From assembly GCA_963924565.1 (NCBI GenBank), contig OZ004607.1:30814001-30878000 (forward strand): DNA of 64,000 nucleotides. The letters are read 5' to 3'. Positions 25,962 to 38,953 of the stretch are shown one piece after another (position 1 is the stretch's first letter; the number at the start of each line of letters is the position of its first letter). The stretch comes from Ascidiella aspersa. Taxonomy: Eukaryota. The position numbers were made by a program, and so were the translations under genes. A model generated the notes under the pieces. That model did not search any database, had not been told where the DNA came from, and was given only the letters and a program-made list of their open reading frames with translations.

Positions 25962-28900
25962 AATATGCCTGGCAACAATAGCTTATCTAATGATGGATAT
26001 TATACACTGGTTCATTCTGGAGGTCAGATTTTTGTAGCAACTTTTTCTTTGGTAGCGCATTTTGCTAACCAGTCGACGAACCAGTTTTTAGATTCCTGCT
26101 ATTTGCAAAACAACAACCCGTAACCGCACAATATCCATACACCAATTTTGCTCGTTGATGCAACCGCTGTACATTGTTATTTTCAGAGACAATTTACCAA
26201 GCGTGAAAGTCCCCCGATAACTCTAAGGACCGTATATCGTCCACGCACCATATATTTCTTCTTTTGAAACGTTTGAACTAAATGGAATTTTAGCTGGACT
26301 CGTCTGCAGTGTAGATGGCCTGAAACGCGCTAATTTATTCGCAATTACCTTTTTTGCGTAAGTTTTCTTTTTTTCATTTGTAGCGCACGTCATTGTTATT
26401 GGATTGAAGCCTGTAAGTAGGTGTTTTCATGGTTTTAATCCACGATAATGGCGTCCGTATAAAACATATATGGAGCTTGAGCAGACACATTCGACGGATG
26501 GTACCGTGTTAGTTGAACGTGTAAATGGTTTGCAGTATATAAAGGAAACTTGGTCAACTAAACTAAAAACGTTTTTTTTGTCCATTTGTTTATGTATCAC
26601 ATTGATGAAACACTCGTCACACGACACATTTTATAACTTTTTTTATCAGAACACCTACTTTGGCAAAGTGAATTAATCTTTAGTCTTCAACGTCCAAAAT
26701 CTAGCCACCATCGTTGAAACCTTAAACTTTAAAGCCGTGGTTCTTCAAATTCAGCATGATGTTCTTAAAAAAAGAAATTAAAAGCTGGGGTGCAGCGGTG
26801 GCGATCAAGTGCTGATTACACAATCTCTCTTGTAGCTGTGCGCCTTAGACGGATAAGATGTTGCTCGTCGATTTCGGAGGCTTTTACCGTACGATGAATA
26901 CCTTTACTGACGAAGGTTATTCTGTTATAACAAGTAGCAGCCTTCTATGATCGATCGATCGGCCTTCGCTTGGACCTTAGATGCCAATCATTTTTTTTTC
27001 GCCTCACCGACCAATTATAACACGCCAGGCGCCAGTTTGGCGTTTTCACAGATCCGAAAATCAAAAATAGTATCAGGGCGCCTGTTTTCTCCTATCAATG
27101 CAATGTATTTTACTTTATCACTGCCACATCATCGACCCGAAGCGTTTTATGGGGGGATATTTGTTCGACCAGAAAGCTTACGTGTACTGCGTTGCTTAGA
27201 TCCAAGGTTTCTTGTTAGTCATACCGTCAAAGGACACGTTAAATTTCATATATTGCAATGCTTATTCATTTAGGATTTTAGGTTATTTTTATGACTCTGT
27301 GGCTAAAATGATGACGCGAGTAGATCAGATGAAACATCAACCTCATGAAACACTTACGCGTATATTCCAACTTTATTCAGCAGACCTACAAATTAAGGAT
27401 CACGTTTCCAGTTCAAACTGTTAAACAGTGTATAAGAAACCGAAATATTAAAAATCAGATGCTAAACGGACTCGTGCGTTAAACAATTTTCTGCCAGACT
27501 TTTTTATAATTCATCACGAACAAACCGTCAGCGGATACATAGATTTAATCAAGTTTACGTTGCGGTTAAGGGGGTTCGTCCAGTATAAACCAGTATAAAC
27601 ATAATCCGAATACAATCAAAACTCATTTTTTTCTATAAATAGACACAGAAATTTCCCAACAGCCAGTTTTAGTGCTTGATGACAGCTTGTATGAATCATC
27701 CGCTTTATTACGGCCGGCACATGTGCATTTACATAACTGAGTATTCGCGGCACTTTCGCAGTGCTAAGCCTTGGACAAGGCCGCTACTGTTGAGCTATTA
27801 ATAACTCAAGCAACTCAAACTGACGCCGAAAATATTCGTGAAAAAAATTCGGGCTGTAAGCGTTTGAAATATCGGTGGGTTATATTTTAGCTTGTGTACC
27901 TAAGAACCGGAATTATTTACAAACTAATACAAATTATTATGTTAGATTAAATTTGTCGCCAAACTGTGTCACCCTGATTTTAAAATGCAGAATTGCAGAA
28001 ATACGGCTATCAACCTAGAAATGCGTTGAGAAACTTTTACCACACACGCATGTTACCATAAACATTCAAATTCGCTGTTAAATGAGTGTTTATCTCTACT
28101 AAAGACATCCATTAAAAAGACTAAGAACGTGGTTTTTAACAGTTAATAATTATAAATTGTTTTTTGTTTGTTCAACTTAGGCATATTCGATTGAAATATT
28201 GTTCTTCGCGACGAGCTCCACCTGGTGGCCAAATAATCGCCTTAAAAACTCTTGAAAACGCTCGTTTAGAAATAACCCAGTCTGATTTATATTCATTACC
28301 TAATGACATCAAACTAACTTCGTGACTGCACCTATCTGTGAAGGTTTGGGCCACTTAATATTCACTTTCGAAATGCAATCTAGTGTTGCAGTGCTGCACC
28401 GGCTGTCAATTAGCGTTAATTACTTCAATTTCGCCGAGTAGTACAAAACAGCTAAACCCTGCACTTAGTTTGACAGGCGCCAATTATCCAATGCTCCTCG
28501 TCTGCAGAGGGATGTTGAATTTACGAGTGACCACCAGAGAAGGCGTACTGAGATGGCGTTCAATTCGAAGAATTATTATTTTTTTCAAAATGGCGGCTGC
28601 GCGTAACCCGACTCTCATGGGAAACAGCTTGTGTTTCAATCGTCCAATATGGCTTGGTGCAAACCTACGCGCAGTTCTGTTTACGGTTTCTTGGAATATA
28701 TGCAGTACTCTCTGTGCTTTTCTGCTCTGGGTCGCACGGTTTGAAAGAAGTTTAACAATGTTATTTATACTGCTACACAAAATCTGCAGGTTATCTTTTG
28801 AGATGGAGACCTAACACTCAAATATTAATATACTTCATCTTGTCATAAAAACAATTTTAGCGACACATATGTTTTCGGTTTAAGTCTCTGAGGGTCCGTT

Positions 28901-30249
28901 ATTATAAATTTTTCCATCAGTATTACAAACCATATATAGCATACGTTTTCGTACGGTATCAGGTTTTAAAAATTCATCTTTGTCCCTTGTAAATTAAAAA
29001 GATTAAAAAACAAAAAAAAACAGAGACAAACAATTTCGGTTGTTCGGCTCTGTTGTAAACGGAAGCGTTTTTCATCTTTTTTCTACCTAACGGCACACCT
29101 TTGGACTTTTAAACCTGGCAACACACCTAACGAGCTAAGTGAGCTCTAATTTTGTTTGGACAGAACGGTATTTTCCTTAAACACGTTTTTTTTGTATTTC
29201 GTATATAGGGCTCATAGTTCTTTACATTTAAATAGCTGTTGGATGAATAAGCTAAGCCGAGAGAATGTACAAAAGGATAAAAATGATATATTTTATATTT
29301 TAAAATATTTTTCCTCTTGCCCTCGGCGCACCTGGCAATATTCCATGGCGCAACGATTAAGAAGCGCTGGTATAGTTTATGGGACCTATCGTATCTCTGA
29401 CACATCTGACAAGACGTAATGTCAAACACCACAATGCAGTATCCGAAGTTTTTTGCGCCCAGGCGGTTTTAAAGATTTATCTAACGTAAATAGTTGTAAC
29501 ACGATATTTATCTTCAAAGACATTTTTGCATACAGTGCTAACCGTATAGTTGATAACCGTTTATGACCGTAAATTGAATCGCGTTTAGGTCTTACTAAGC
29601 TTCACACAATTTTTACACAACAAGAAAATGCTACTACCTAAATTAAAATAAGACAAACCAAATGCAAAAGAAGAGCAATCCCTTTGCACTTTGCTAAACA
29701 CCCTTTACATTTTCCGAACACTTTGATTTAGTGCCAATATACCGGTTTTTGCGTCTTCCGGAACAGCACGACTCGAGGGTCTTTTCGTATAAACACGGGC
29801 TTTGCGAGCGAAATCTTGTTCAAAATTGTCATCGCGGTCGCTTTATCACCGTCTGCCATCGGCCGAGACGAAGTTGCCTGCATGCCAATATGCCCTACGT
29901 CGACTTCACGTGGCTAACGGCTGACGAGTACGTTTCCAAGTCGAGACTATCGCGAACGCCAATCGCGCAGCCATACCCCGGAGCTGTTAATTTTTTGCAA
30001 AATCCGCTGTAAAGCGATTTTGTCGAGACGCTTTCTTAGATTCCGCTCAAGCGATACTCTGCTGCCGATTAGGTAACGCACGTATTTCGTTGCGAAATGC
30101 AAGGCTTCAGCCGTTTTTTTGGTCCGTCGTTGCCATATCTGTGTCCCACAGTCGGGTAGCTTACCAGTTGACGGAGCTAAAACAGTGCTCATGTTATAAG
30201 CCATGCCCTTGGTAGGTAATACTGTTTCCAAGAAAATTTATTCTTTCTC

Positions 30250-30550
30250 AGTCGCAATTGGAAATTACAATTCCTATTCTATCCAATACCTTCAGAGCAA
30301 ATCCTGATATATCCTTTATCTAAATTAAAACTGCTTAAAAATCAAAAACAATTATATTATTCTGGTGCTGATTGCTAAACTGGTGGTCTCACACTCCATT
30401 GCTGACAGATGCCTAACACCATTCAACAAGAAATTCCATCTATTTCAACCCTTAACTGCCTTCCCAAAAAAGTCAAACTCTTATTAGGACATTAAAACTT
30501 GTCTAACATTCTCAATACTGACCCGAGCATGCTCGTCTAGATCCTTACTG
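30250..30550 (-). mobile_element. decayed LINE (CR1/L2-like) reverse transcriptase fragment
   Basis: FLGRQLRVEIDGIS resembles the FL..R.QRV.I.G..S RT motif; surrounded by stops. Confidence 0.45.
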
Positions 30551-31689
30551 AGCGCGTACCAACAGATGGCGTAAGTTAACAAGGCAACTTATCACCAACC
30601 AGCAGAAGGCAGCTCGTCCCTATTTAACAACAGCGCACACGGGCCGTCTGCAGGCTCCAGGGCTCGACCGCACATCAGGCCCGGAGCGCAATCCTAACCT
30701 CTGACTTGAAATGTGCAGCGGCGGGCGCGAAAATCGTGCGATAACAAACGAAGTCTCTTGTGCTCGCTGGCGACATCATAATGCCAGACCGGTGGCCAGG
30801 AGGGTGGGACGCAGGTGGCATCCGTATCTGAATGGACTATGCTGCTCATAGTTGTCCTATCGTGCCCTTTTTGTCAAATTCGGCTAAGTATAGGAGTTGG
30901 AAGTTGGTACTATACTGTCGAAATTATACAATGCTCAGGAACCCTGAGTGTGTGTATACCTAAAACAAATGCTAGACTATTGTAAGAAAATATGCCTCCC
31001 AAGCGGTAACCATGCCACTTTTAAACAACATAAACGCCAAACGGATTTGATAAAATTTTACATTCCAATTGCTTATTTCTTTTGATATTTTTAAACAAAA
31101 CAAACATAGTGTCGAAAACCGAGTTTCGCTTATTTTTGGCGGCTCACCTTTTATGACACAACTCTCGAACGCACAAAAGGAACGCCTGCTTTCTTTTGCC
31201 AGTAACAACAAACGGCTAAAAAGTACCCCGCGATTGGGCCAAAACCTCGGGGAAATTTGGTCACGTGATCACCACAGACTTTCGCTAGTCAACATAAACC
31301 GGACTAAGCGGCCCTAAACCGCTGTAGCTTCGCGTTCTTTCGTCGTTTTCTCCCGCAATAATAAGCCCTCACAGCCGGATTAAGATCTGCCAAGGCAAGA
31401 GTGAAACCGCACCGTCAAAACACGTATTTGGCCAGTATGCAGCCTGGAAAACCCGTGTTGAAAATCAAAAATGCATTTTACAGGGGATCTGAACTCATTA
31501 CTTTTCTTGGATCCCGTTTCTGATTAGGCCTTGTAGTGAATGGATTTATAGAAAACATAGTCTCCCTGCTAGGAAAAGCGCTAACAACATGTTCTCTCTG
31601 GTGGACTTTCGGTTTACTATCAGTTTTACATTGGTTGCACTTTTGCATTACTATTAGGGACAACGTGCATTGACCTACATCGCCTAGTG

Positions 31690-32179
31690 CAGCGGTTCTT
31701 AACCTATGGGTAATTACCCACATGTGGGTAATTTCAGTATATCAGGTGGGTAATTATAGCTAAGCCAGAATATTTAGAATTATGGCTGTAACAAACAATG
31801 TCACAGCTGTAAGTGGTAAGTTGCTTTATTAGTTACACTTTTTTGTTTTGAGTCCTTTTATTTTTAAAACAACCAAACAAGCAAAAGGAAATTTTATCAT
31901 TTTTACAATTGGTTCGTCCTAGTGATCATTTTTGTGGCCGGTTTTACGTATATGTGACCTAATAGTAAGATTTTTCTTGTATCCGCTAACGGCTATAGCC
32001 TAGCTATTTTTTCATAATCAGTTTGCTGTTAGTGTTTATTTTTAAAGGTATTCTTAGTGGAGTTGTTTACAGTAGTACACAGTAGCTGTAAGTTTGCATT
32101 GGATAAAATTAGATTTTGCTAATGCGACTTTGATCTGCACAGAAATGGGTAATAAGAGAAAAAAGGTTAAGAACCCCTG
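31690..32179. mobile_element. hAT (Charlie-like) MITE
   Basis: TIR cagcggttcttaacct / aggttaagaacccctg; TSD gcctagtg / gcctaatg. Confidence 0.85.
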
Positions 32180-35100
32180 GCCTAATGGGAATTGAATTTT
32201 GAAATTTGTACTTGTTTGCAGATATTAACATCTTGTAATGTACAAATTGACTTCTCCCGCTACGAAGAAATAAAAATACCATATGATTTTATTAAAAATA
32301 AAGCCCATAAGACATAACACCGTAAGGTTTTAATTAAAACTATACGACCTACAAATTTCGTGCCGTACAAGATTCACGTAAAAAATGTCGAAGCATAGTC
32401 CAAGAATTTTTAGCAGCGGGCCGTGTGTTTCGAGCGCTTGGAATTTTGTACAGAGAGGTTGTGAATAATTGGTTCGTGGCTCGGGAAATTTTCCTGTTTT
32501 GTGTTGCCCAAGAGAAAACCATAACAACGAGAAAAAAGAGAACGATAGCGTGGAAGGCAGTTTGTACAAAGCAGGAAATATCCGTCGAAAATGGCTGAAA
32601 CCTCCAACCAAATGGCGGTTTAATTTTGTTCATTAGGGCCTTAAATATGAAAGACTCATCAAAGATATATGACTCGCAGACGCAGTAAATGTAGCTTTTC
32701 GCTAGGGGGCATTATAGCGCCGGAATTTATATTTAACATAAAGTGTGTTATTTGTCAACAGCAACGATCGTCATCACGTATAGGTTTGGTTTCGAAATCA
32801 AGTTGCATTGAAATAGTTTTTAGTTTATATTCTTAGAATAAAAAATGAAATTAATTACTTTAAATACATTATCGAATAATGCGATGATTAATAATATTTT
32901 TTGGTAATATCACAAACGGTCGCTTCGCTATATATAATTGCAATTTGCATATAGTTTCGGAAATGCACGACTGCTAAACACAGAAAGCGATTAATACGCT
33001 GAAATATGATACTATATAGATATATTATTCTGAAAATTGCCAGGAGTGTACCTTACAAAAGTTGCTATAGGCCATGAATATATTATATACACTGAACGAT
33101 TACGTCGTCTGATTGGAGGTTACTATTTGCTGATTTTTCTCGGTGACAACAGCAACAAACTCGAATGAACGAAGGCGAAAATTACAAGCAAAAATACCCT
33201 CATTTAATTGATGTAACGGCAGGTATTCGATTTACGCACTGAGTGCATTTGCCGTGCGACACTTAATCCCGAAAAGTTGCTGACACGTCGCTTTCGCGCG
33301 ATCTCTAATCAGTCCGGGCAATCTTAATGGCGTCGGTTTGCATTTACAGCATGCGATAAACAAAAGAAATATTTGGGATTAAACCTGATTCCAGTTGGAA
33401 TTTAGGTTTCAAGATCTGCTGATGTATTTATATCTAAAGCAACGTTGGTATTTTACTCTGAAGTATGCGCAACGTCCAATTTGCATTCTCTGGTCTTACA
33501 CGTTAAGGGAATTTGTTTTTCAACTGTAACCTATATGTTCAGGAAAACAGACCCGTATATACACTAATAAACCTCAGCACTTCACTGTTAAACAAACATT
33601 GCGGCAGGTGGTTGGGGGAATTTTTGCTGTTATGTTGTGTACTAATGGTATTTTCGAGTTAATTTTATTGCACAATCCTGGTCTGTCATAACTTGTCATC
33701 GCTCGTTTGAATTATTGTAAATTGTATTTTCATATTAGGGAACGAGTCAATGGCCACTCAACTATCGCCCGAATCCCCCACTCAATTATAAAGATTTGAG
33801 ATTTTTAGTCTTAACCGGAAAACCATGTTATTACTTTCAGTCGTAAGTGGGTTGTTAAATAGTGACAGAATATATTTCAAAATTCATTAGAAATAAACTA
33901 ACTGGAGATGTATACAGCCTCATTACATGTGTTCGACTATGGCGTCAGACCCAAAATATTGTGTTTTATAACTTTACTAAAGTAATTTTTTCCTAACGAC
34001 TTGACTTGCAGGCAATTTGATGACTGAGGCCTACTTTGATTATATAGATGACCTGGCATGACCTAAATTAAGTCTTTTAATTTAATATGTTTTCGTAAAA
34101 TGGGTTATTTGCATGAATTAAATATTGTGATTATTATTAAATGCAAAAATCGGACTTGAACTTAAGTTGTTTTGCTAATGACTTGACTGGGACAAGTAAT
34201 TTTAAAATTACGTGTTTGCAACACTGTCAAAGGACAGCATCGATTGCGAATAATGCACCGTGTATTTCTTGTATAAAACGCAGAGTCTAAAAAGACACGG
34301 AAAACTAGAAATGTAAAAGGGCACGCGTGAATAGAGAGAGATACAAAATGCAATAAATATTGTGCGGATTGCGCAATACAACAATAAAAAAAGAGAAAAA
34401 ACGGCATTTAAGGCGCAAAGGGCAACGCTCACAGCAGTATACGAATAAATTTGTGACCGAAAAACTTGGTTTAAGGGTCAACCGTCTTAACGTTGCATAA
34501 CAAGTCGAAAAAGCAATTTTTAGTCTGCTGAGCTGCATGGAGAATAGTAATTTGCAAGCGAAAGGTTTATATACTAGTGTCGGGAAGTTTCTGGTGCAAA
34601 AAAGCATGAGGCTACCATTGTGGAGTAGCAAAAGTATAAGGTTGCATTTTAGACAATCAAAAAGGTCTACAAAAAAGAAACGCTATGTGTAAGTCTGTAT
34701 ACTAACAGCGCGGTGAAGAAATGTGCAGTATGAAGAAAAATTCGTTTCTGTAAATTCGGGTCCGCCCAAGTCGGGCTTGGTCACTTAAAAAAGTAGTAAA
34801 AAACATCGGGTGCAAATCGTCGGGCGGAATTCTTATATTCAGAGTCTTTGTGAGACGTCTTCATTAATAGGTTGTACCATTGCGGCACGACATGCATTCG
34901 ATAAATTACGAAGAAAATCGCCCATTGTGCAATTCGCGTTCCCAGCTTATTATCACCATTTGCACGTCTTACGAATTGCGCCATGCCATCGAATTATGAT
35001 GATTGCTATAAACGGTAAGTGTGAAGCACGATTAAGCAAGAAAGAAAACAAAAACGGATTGCAAACGGTAGATGTGAGCACACGAGAGCCGCAGAGGGGG

Positions 35101-35505
35101 TTAAGACGGGTTGGTGATGCTTACCAAGGCGCATTAATTAATTTTCAGGATTTTACACATTTTTTCTTGAATCCTTATTACGCCTTACATTGGCACTTAA
35201 CCCTTATTAGGCATGTGTAAAAATAACTCGACAAGGGCGCTTGGAAAAGTAATAAAGCTGATCGGTTGCAATCGCCATTGCGGTTCAACCGCCACTCGGC
35301 GGGTTTGTACAACCATATAAATCTAAATTTTTACGGCGAATCTCTTGGCTCGCTTGGGTTGCTTCGGAGAAAAGTGCCACCTGGGTCGATGAACATTCAT
35401 ACAAAAAACAGCTTTCAGCACTTGGAAAAGTGTAGCTTGCGTCATCTCACACACACCCATTTCACTTCAGTCAGTCGATTGTCCCTTTGACATTGTTAAG
35501 CGTTT

Positions 35506-35745
35506 TCAGCACTTCGATTTGAAGGAAGCCGGTATTTTAAGAGTGCAAGCCCCTGGGAGGACAACCGACTCCTTACACCTTACCAGGTCTGGGAATTTGT
35601 CCAGGGTGGTGCAAAACCTGGGGTTGTTCCTGGGACCGTCTCGTCGCCGCACCACCCAGGTCTGGTGCTTATGGGGCACGGTCTTGCAGCGCCCAGGCAG
35701 GTTGAACCGCGGTGAGGCGTGAGTGCACGAGCCGACTTGGAATTG
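35506..35745 (-). CDS. NTL2 coding exon 3: remainder of cystine-knot-like domain, stop
   Basis: tttcgcag|CAA; QFQVGSC...PGRC...C-x11-C-x9-CTLKIPASFKSKC*; Cys spacing shared with NTL1. Confidence 0.85.
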   Translation of the reverse strand, partial: QFQVGSCTHASPRFNLPGRCKTVPHKHQTWVVRRRDGPRNNPRFCTTLDKFPDLVRCKESVVLPGACTLKIPASFKSKC

Positions 35746-36070
35746 CTGCGAAACAAGAAAGTGAAGATTGTTAGCGAAATGTTTTAATGGTTGCGGATAA
35801 TTTACAATTGGGGCCAAAAAGTGCCAAAGTTACATTCGGGGTCGTTTAAAATGTTATGCGTTTTTCATCATTTTATTTCTAAGTTTTTTTATAAACTTGA
35901 ATTTGTTATGCAATTTCTGACAAAATACAGCCTCGTGCCAAAGTGTTGGTATGTTTTACCGTCCTATTTCGATTTTGTTGACATCAAGTCCTGTGGACTT
36001 GAATTATCCTTTATATATGATGTAAGTGATTAATCTGCATGATTTTTTCATTATTTAAAAAAATACTTAC

Positions 36071-36142
36071 ATCAAAGCCGGGGAGAAGTACAACGGTTTC
36101 GTTGGGGTAGAACGCCGACATCGCGGTTGGTTCCGTCTTAAG
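36071..36142 (-). CDS. NTL2 coding exon 2, phase 0-0
   Basis: ttttccgcgcag|CTT...GAT|gtaagt; LKTEPTAMSAFYPNETVVLLPGFD aligns with NTL1 VLTPTTAQ...TVNLL. Confidence 0.85.
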
Positions 36143-38288
36143 CTGCGCGGAAAATCACACAGTTAAAACAAATAGCAAACAATAAACAAGAAAAGACAAG
36201 CAAATTTACATGAAAAATAATCCACCAAAAAGCGAGTTTTTACAAGTTCTTTAACAAAGCACTAGTTTTGCCGATAAAGCAACACCAGCAGCACATCGTC
36301 GCCACTTTAATAACGAACGAGCAACATTTTCTCCAACATTTTTAGGACAAAAAACAGCCACATCTTATCAAACTATAGCAATTCATTGGAAGCAAAAATG
36401 GGCTGTCGGCCTTTTTAAATAGTGGCAAAATAGTTTTGCGATGGCTTTCGGTGTACTAAACATGAAGCCTTTGCTATTTCGATGCCGTCACAAAAGCTAC
36501 AATCACGTGACCGTCTTTCGCGCGGTCCAACGCGGCGCCAATTTTATGGAAGTCACGATCTGTGACGTCACGCAGGGTCGAGCGTTGCTGCGCGGTGGCG
36601 CAATTAAAGGGTGGCAATTTGCGCGCGGGCGAAAGGTTGAAGGGCGCGCCCCAAATAGGCTTTGGGTTGAGGCCAGACGAGGTGGAGATTAGAAACGGGA
36701 CCCAGGGATTAAAATTGCTTCTTTCTCGGAAGTTCCTAAAGACGCAGACTCCCAGGGTTGCTCAGGGCATAGATTAGAGCCTTGCTCGGTTAACGAGCGC
36801 TGTGTTATTAAAAAGAACACTCCCCCTGTGATCAGAACGTGCGAGACAAACTACGCTACATTTTCCACCTCATCTTTTTTTAAATAGCGTTACGCGAGAA
36901 AAACAGGACAATTAAACACACCTTCACTTCGTTTTACAATACGAGAAGCGTGTCTTTAACTTTGCCCAATTCCCATTTTAAAAACGTTGCCCTATTCCCA
37001 CTATAAATTACAAAATTACATGCAAATTGGCCTTTTAATAGTGTTCGTCGCCAAACAGGCCCGCTTCTGTATTTGGCAGAAAGGCGCCTGTACCTTCGCT
37101 GCAGTGTAATTAATATGGTAGCAAAGTGTCAAGTCATCGTTGACACCATATGGCATCGGTTTCGAATTTGGTGATTCGGCATATTTCTCTGCAGCTTTCT
37201 GTGAATATGCTAAAATCGACTATCCGCGGCGAATGATGCCACACGTTTTCCAAAACATCTCGAATTTTGAGTTTTTGTTGGTATACTGATTTTAGAATTA
37301 TTTTAATTTGGTATTTGGGAACGCTTTCTATGCCCCGACCATTGTGGTTTTTATTATCTGGACTTTTTTGTTTAATCGTGTTTAGCATTTACAAACACTG
37401 TTCAACAATATTAATGCCGGTAAAACAGGGCGGAAATAACGATTTTTCCACACAACTTAGTATTGTACGTTTAGATCAAGTATTTTTCCCGCCGAATTTG
37501 AGTTTCATAACAAAATTACAGAAGAACACCTTTTGTAAGTCGCGCGCCGCCCTACTCGAGACCTTGTTTATCAGTTTGGTATTCACGGAAGCTACGAGAT
37601 TACTGAGTGGACATTCTATCGCACATGGTTCTTTAGGCGCGCATACGCCTACCTAATCCTAAGCTTGCTTTCGGATTGTCGGCGATTTCGAACCAGGTTA
37701 CGAAAAACGTTGAAGCTTGTACGACCAAAGGCGCTTTATAGTGCTTTAATCGGACGAGATGGGAATAAAGAGAGTTGACTTATTTTAAAACCGCAGTGCC
37801 ACTGGTCTATAGTAATTAACTTCTCGGCCCTGTTTTAGGATATCAGTGGAAATCTACCCAGATTTGGATCAATGCGACCCATTATATTAATATACCGTAT
37901 TTGCTCAGTTCACCTCGTTTACAGGCCAAAAAAATTTGACCTTTGCAACGGTATGAGGCTTGGGCCATTAGCCATTTAGACTGACTTTAATTAAACGGCA
38001 TCGGCAGGTTGTAATGCATACACATACATGTGTAAACTACTTAATTGGGTCGTTTATTTTTGCTTAAAAAGTCTAGTAAATTCTGACATTTGGTAAATAG
38101 TTTTTTTTTAACTCCGATTAGAGGACATTTTTTACCAAGCTACTTAATTAGTTTTATTCTTGATATTCCACAATGACTTCAGGGAAATAGTTTTTAACAC
38201 CGATTAGAGATTATTTTAGAGCTTCTCAACAAGTTTTATCCTTGTCATAAGACAACGATTTGTCTTGTTCGGTTTTATTTCGACTTAC

Positions 38289-38426
38289 CTCAAACGTGGT
38301 GGGGCAAGGGGTGATGTATTCTTCTGTTGCAGTAGATAGGGGGTTAAACATTCGGTTTATAACCCCCGCGTCGATTCCGGAAGCCAGGATAACAACAGTC
38401 AACGCGATGATCTTCGTGATACACAT
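38289..38426 (-). CDS. nested gene NTL2 coding exon 1: signal peptide to first knot Cys
   Basis: aaaATG MCITKIIALTVVILASGIDA-GVINRMF...PCPTTFE|gtaagt; 138 nt. Confidence 0.85.
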
Positions 38427-38884
38427 TTTGTCTTTGTTTCAAGTTGATGAAATTATATCAGTTTAGTTAATTCAATTTCGTTTTCTGTTGAAACACGATG
38501 GGTTAGATGGTTGCCTTTTAATTTCCGGAAATAAATCTCTGAGATTAAAATATAAACTATTCACAATAAAAATAATATAGAGAGAATATGGAAGAATGGG
38601 ATTTTAACATAAACAATTATTAATCGATTTGTTAGTTAAAATAACATTAAACCTCATTGCATAATAGTCCAAGGTTGTGGTTAGGCGTCGAAACATCTTT
38701 AAACTATTGTACTCTTCCTACGTAACTACATCATCTAAACATCACGCTCTAATAATTAACAAAAACTTGGCTTTAAAAATGCAACATCTTTCACTAAACG
38801 CAAAATATTTAGAAACACCAATTCTAATTTATCGTTCGGATTTAATCAATTCAAAGCGCTCGTGGATTCCTTAGGCGAACCTAC

Positions 38885-38953
38885 ATTTTGCCTTCTATGG
38901 TCCTTATTGATATTGGAGTCTGACTTCTCAGCGAAACTCCTGCCCTCTTTATA
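38885..38953 (-). promoter_or_regulatory. candidate NTL2 core promoter (TATA + Inr) and short non-coding first exon
   Basis: TATAAAG at 38953-38947, TCAGAC initiator with A at 38921 (32 nt downstream), donor gtaggt at 38884, acceptor tttcaacag| at 38484 just upstream of ATG 38426. Confidence 0.5.

Noticed and set aside
28172-28814. Overlapping 60-143 aa ORFs on both strands
   Set aside because: No recognisable motif, non-ATG starts and no exon-like codon bias.
15816-38426. Assignment of the nested genes to the IL-17 or vanabin families
   Set aside because: IL-17 keeps the terminal CxC and lacks the I-IV pair, which is the opposite pattern. Vanabins have many tandem Cys pairs along the whole chain, not a beta-rich six-Cys domain.
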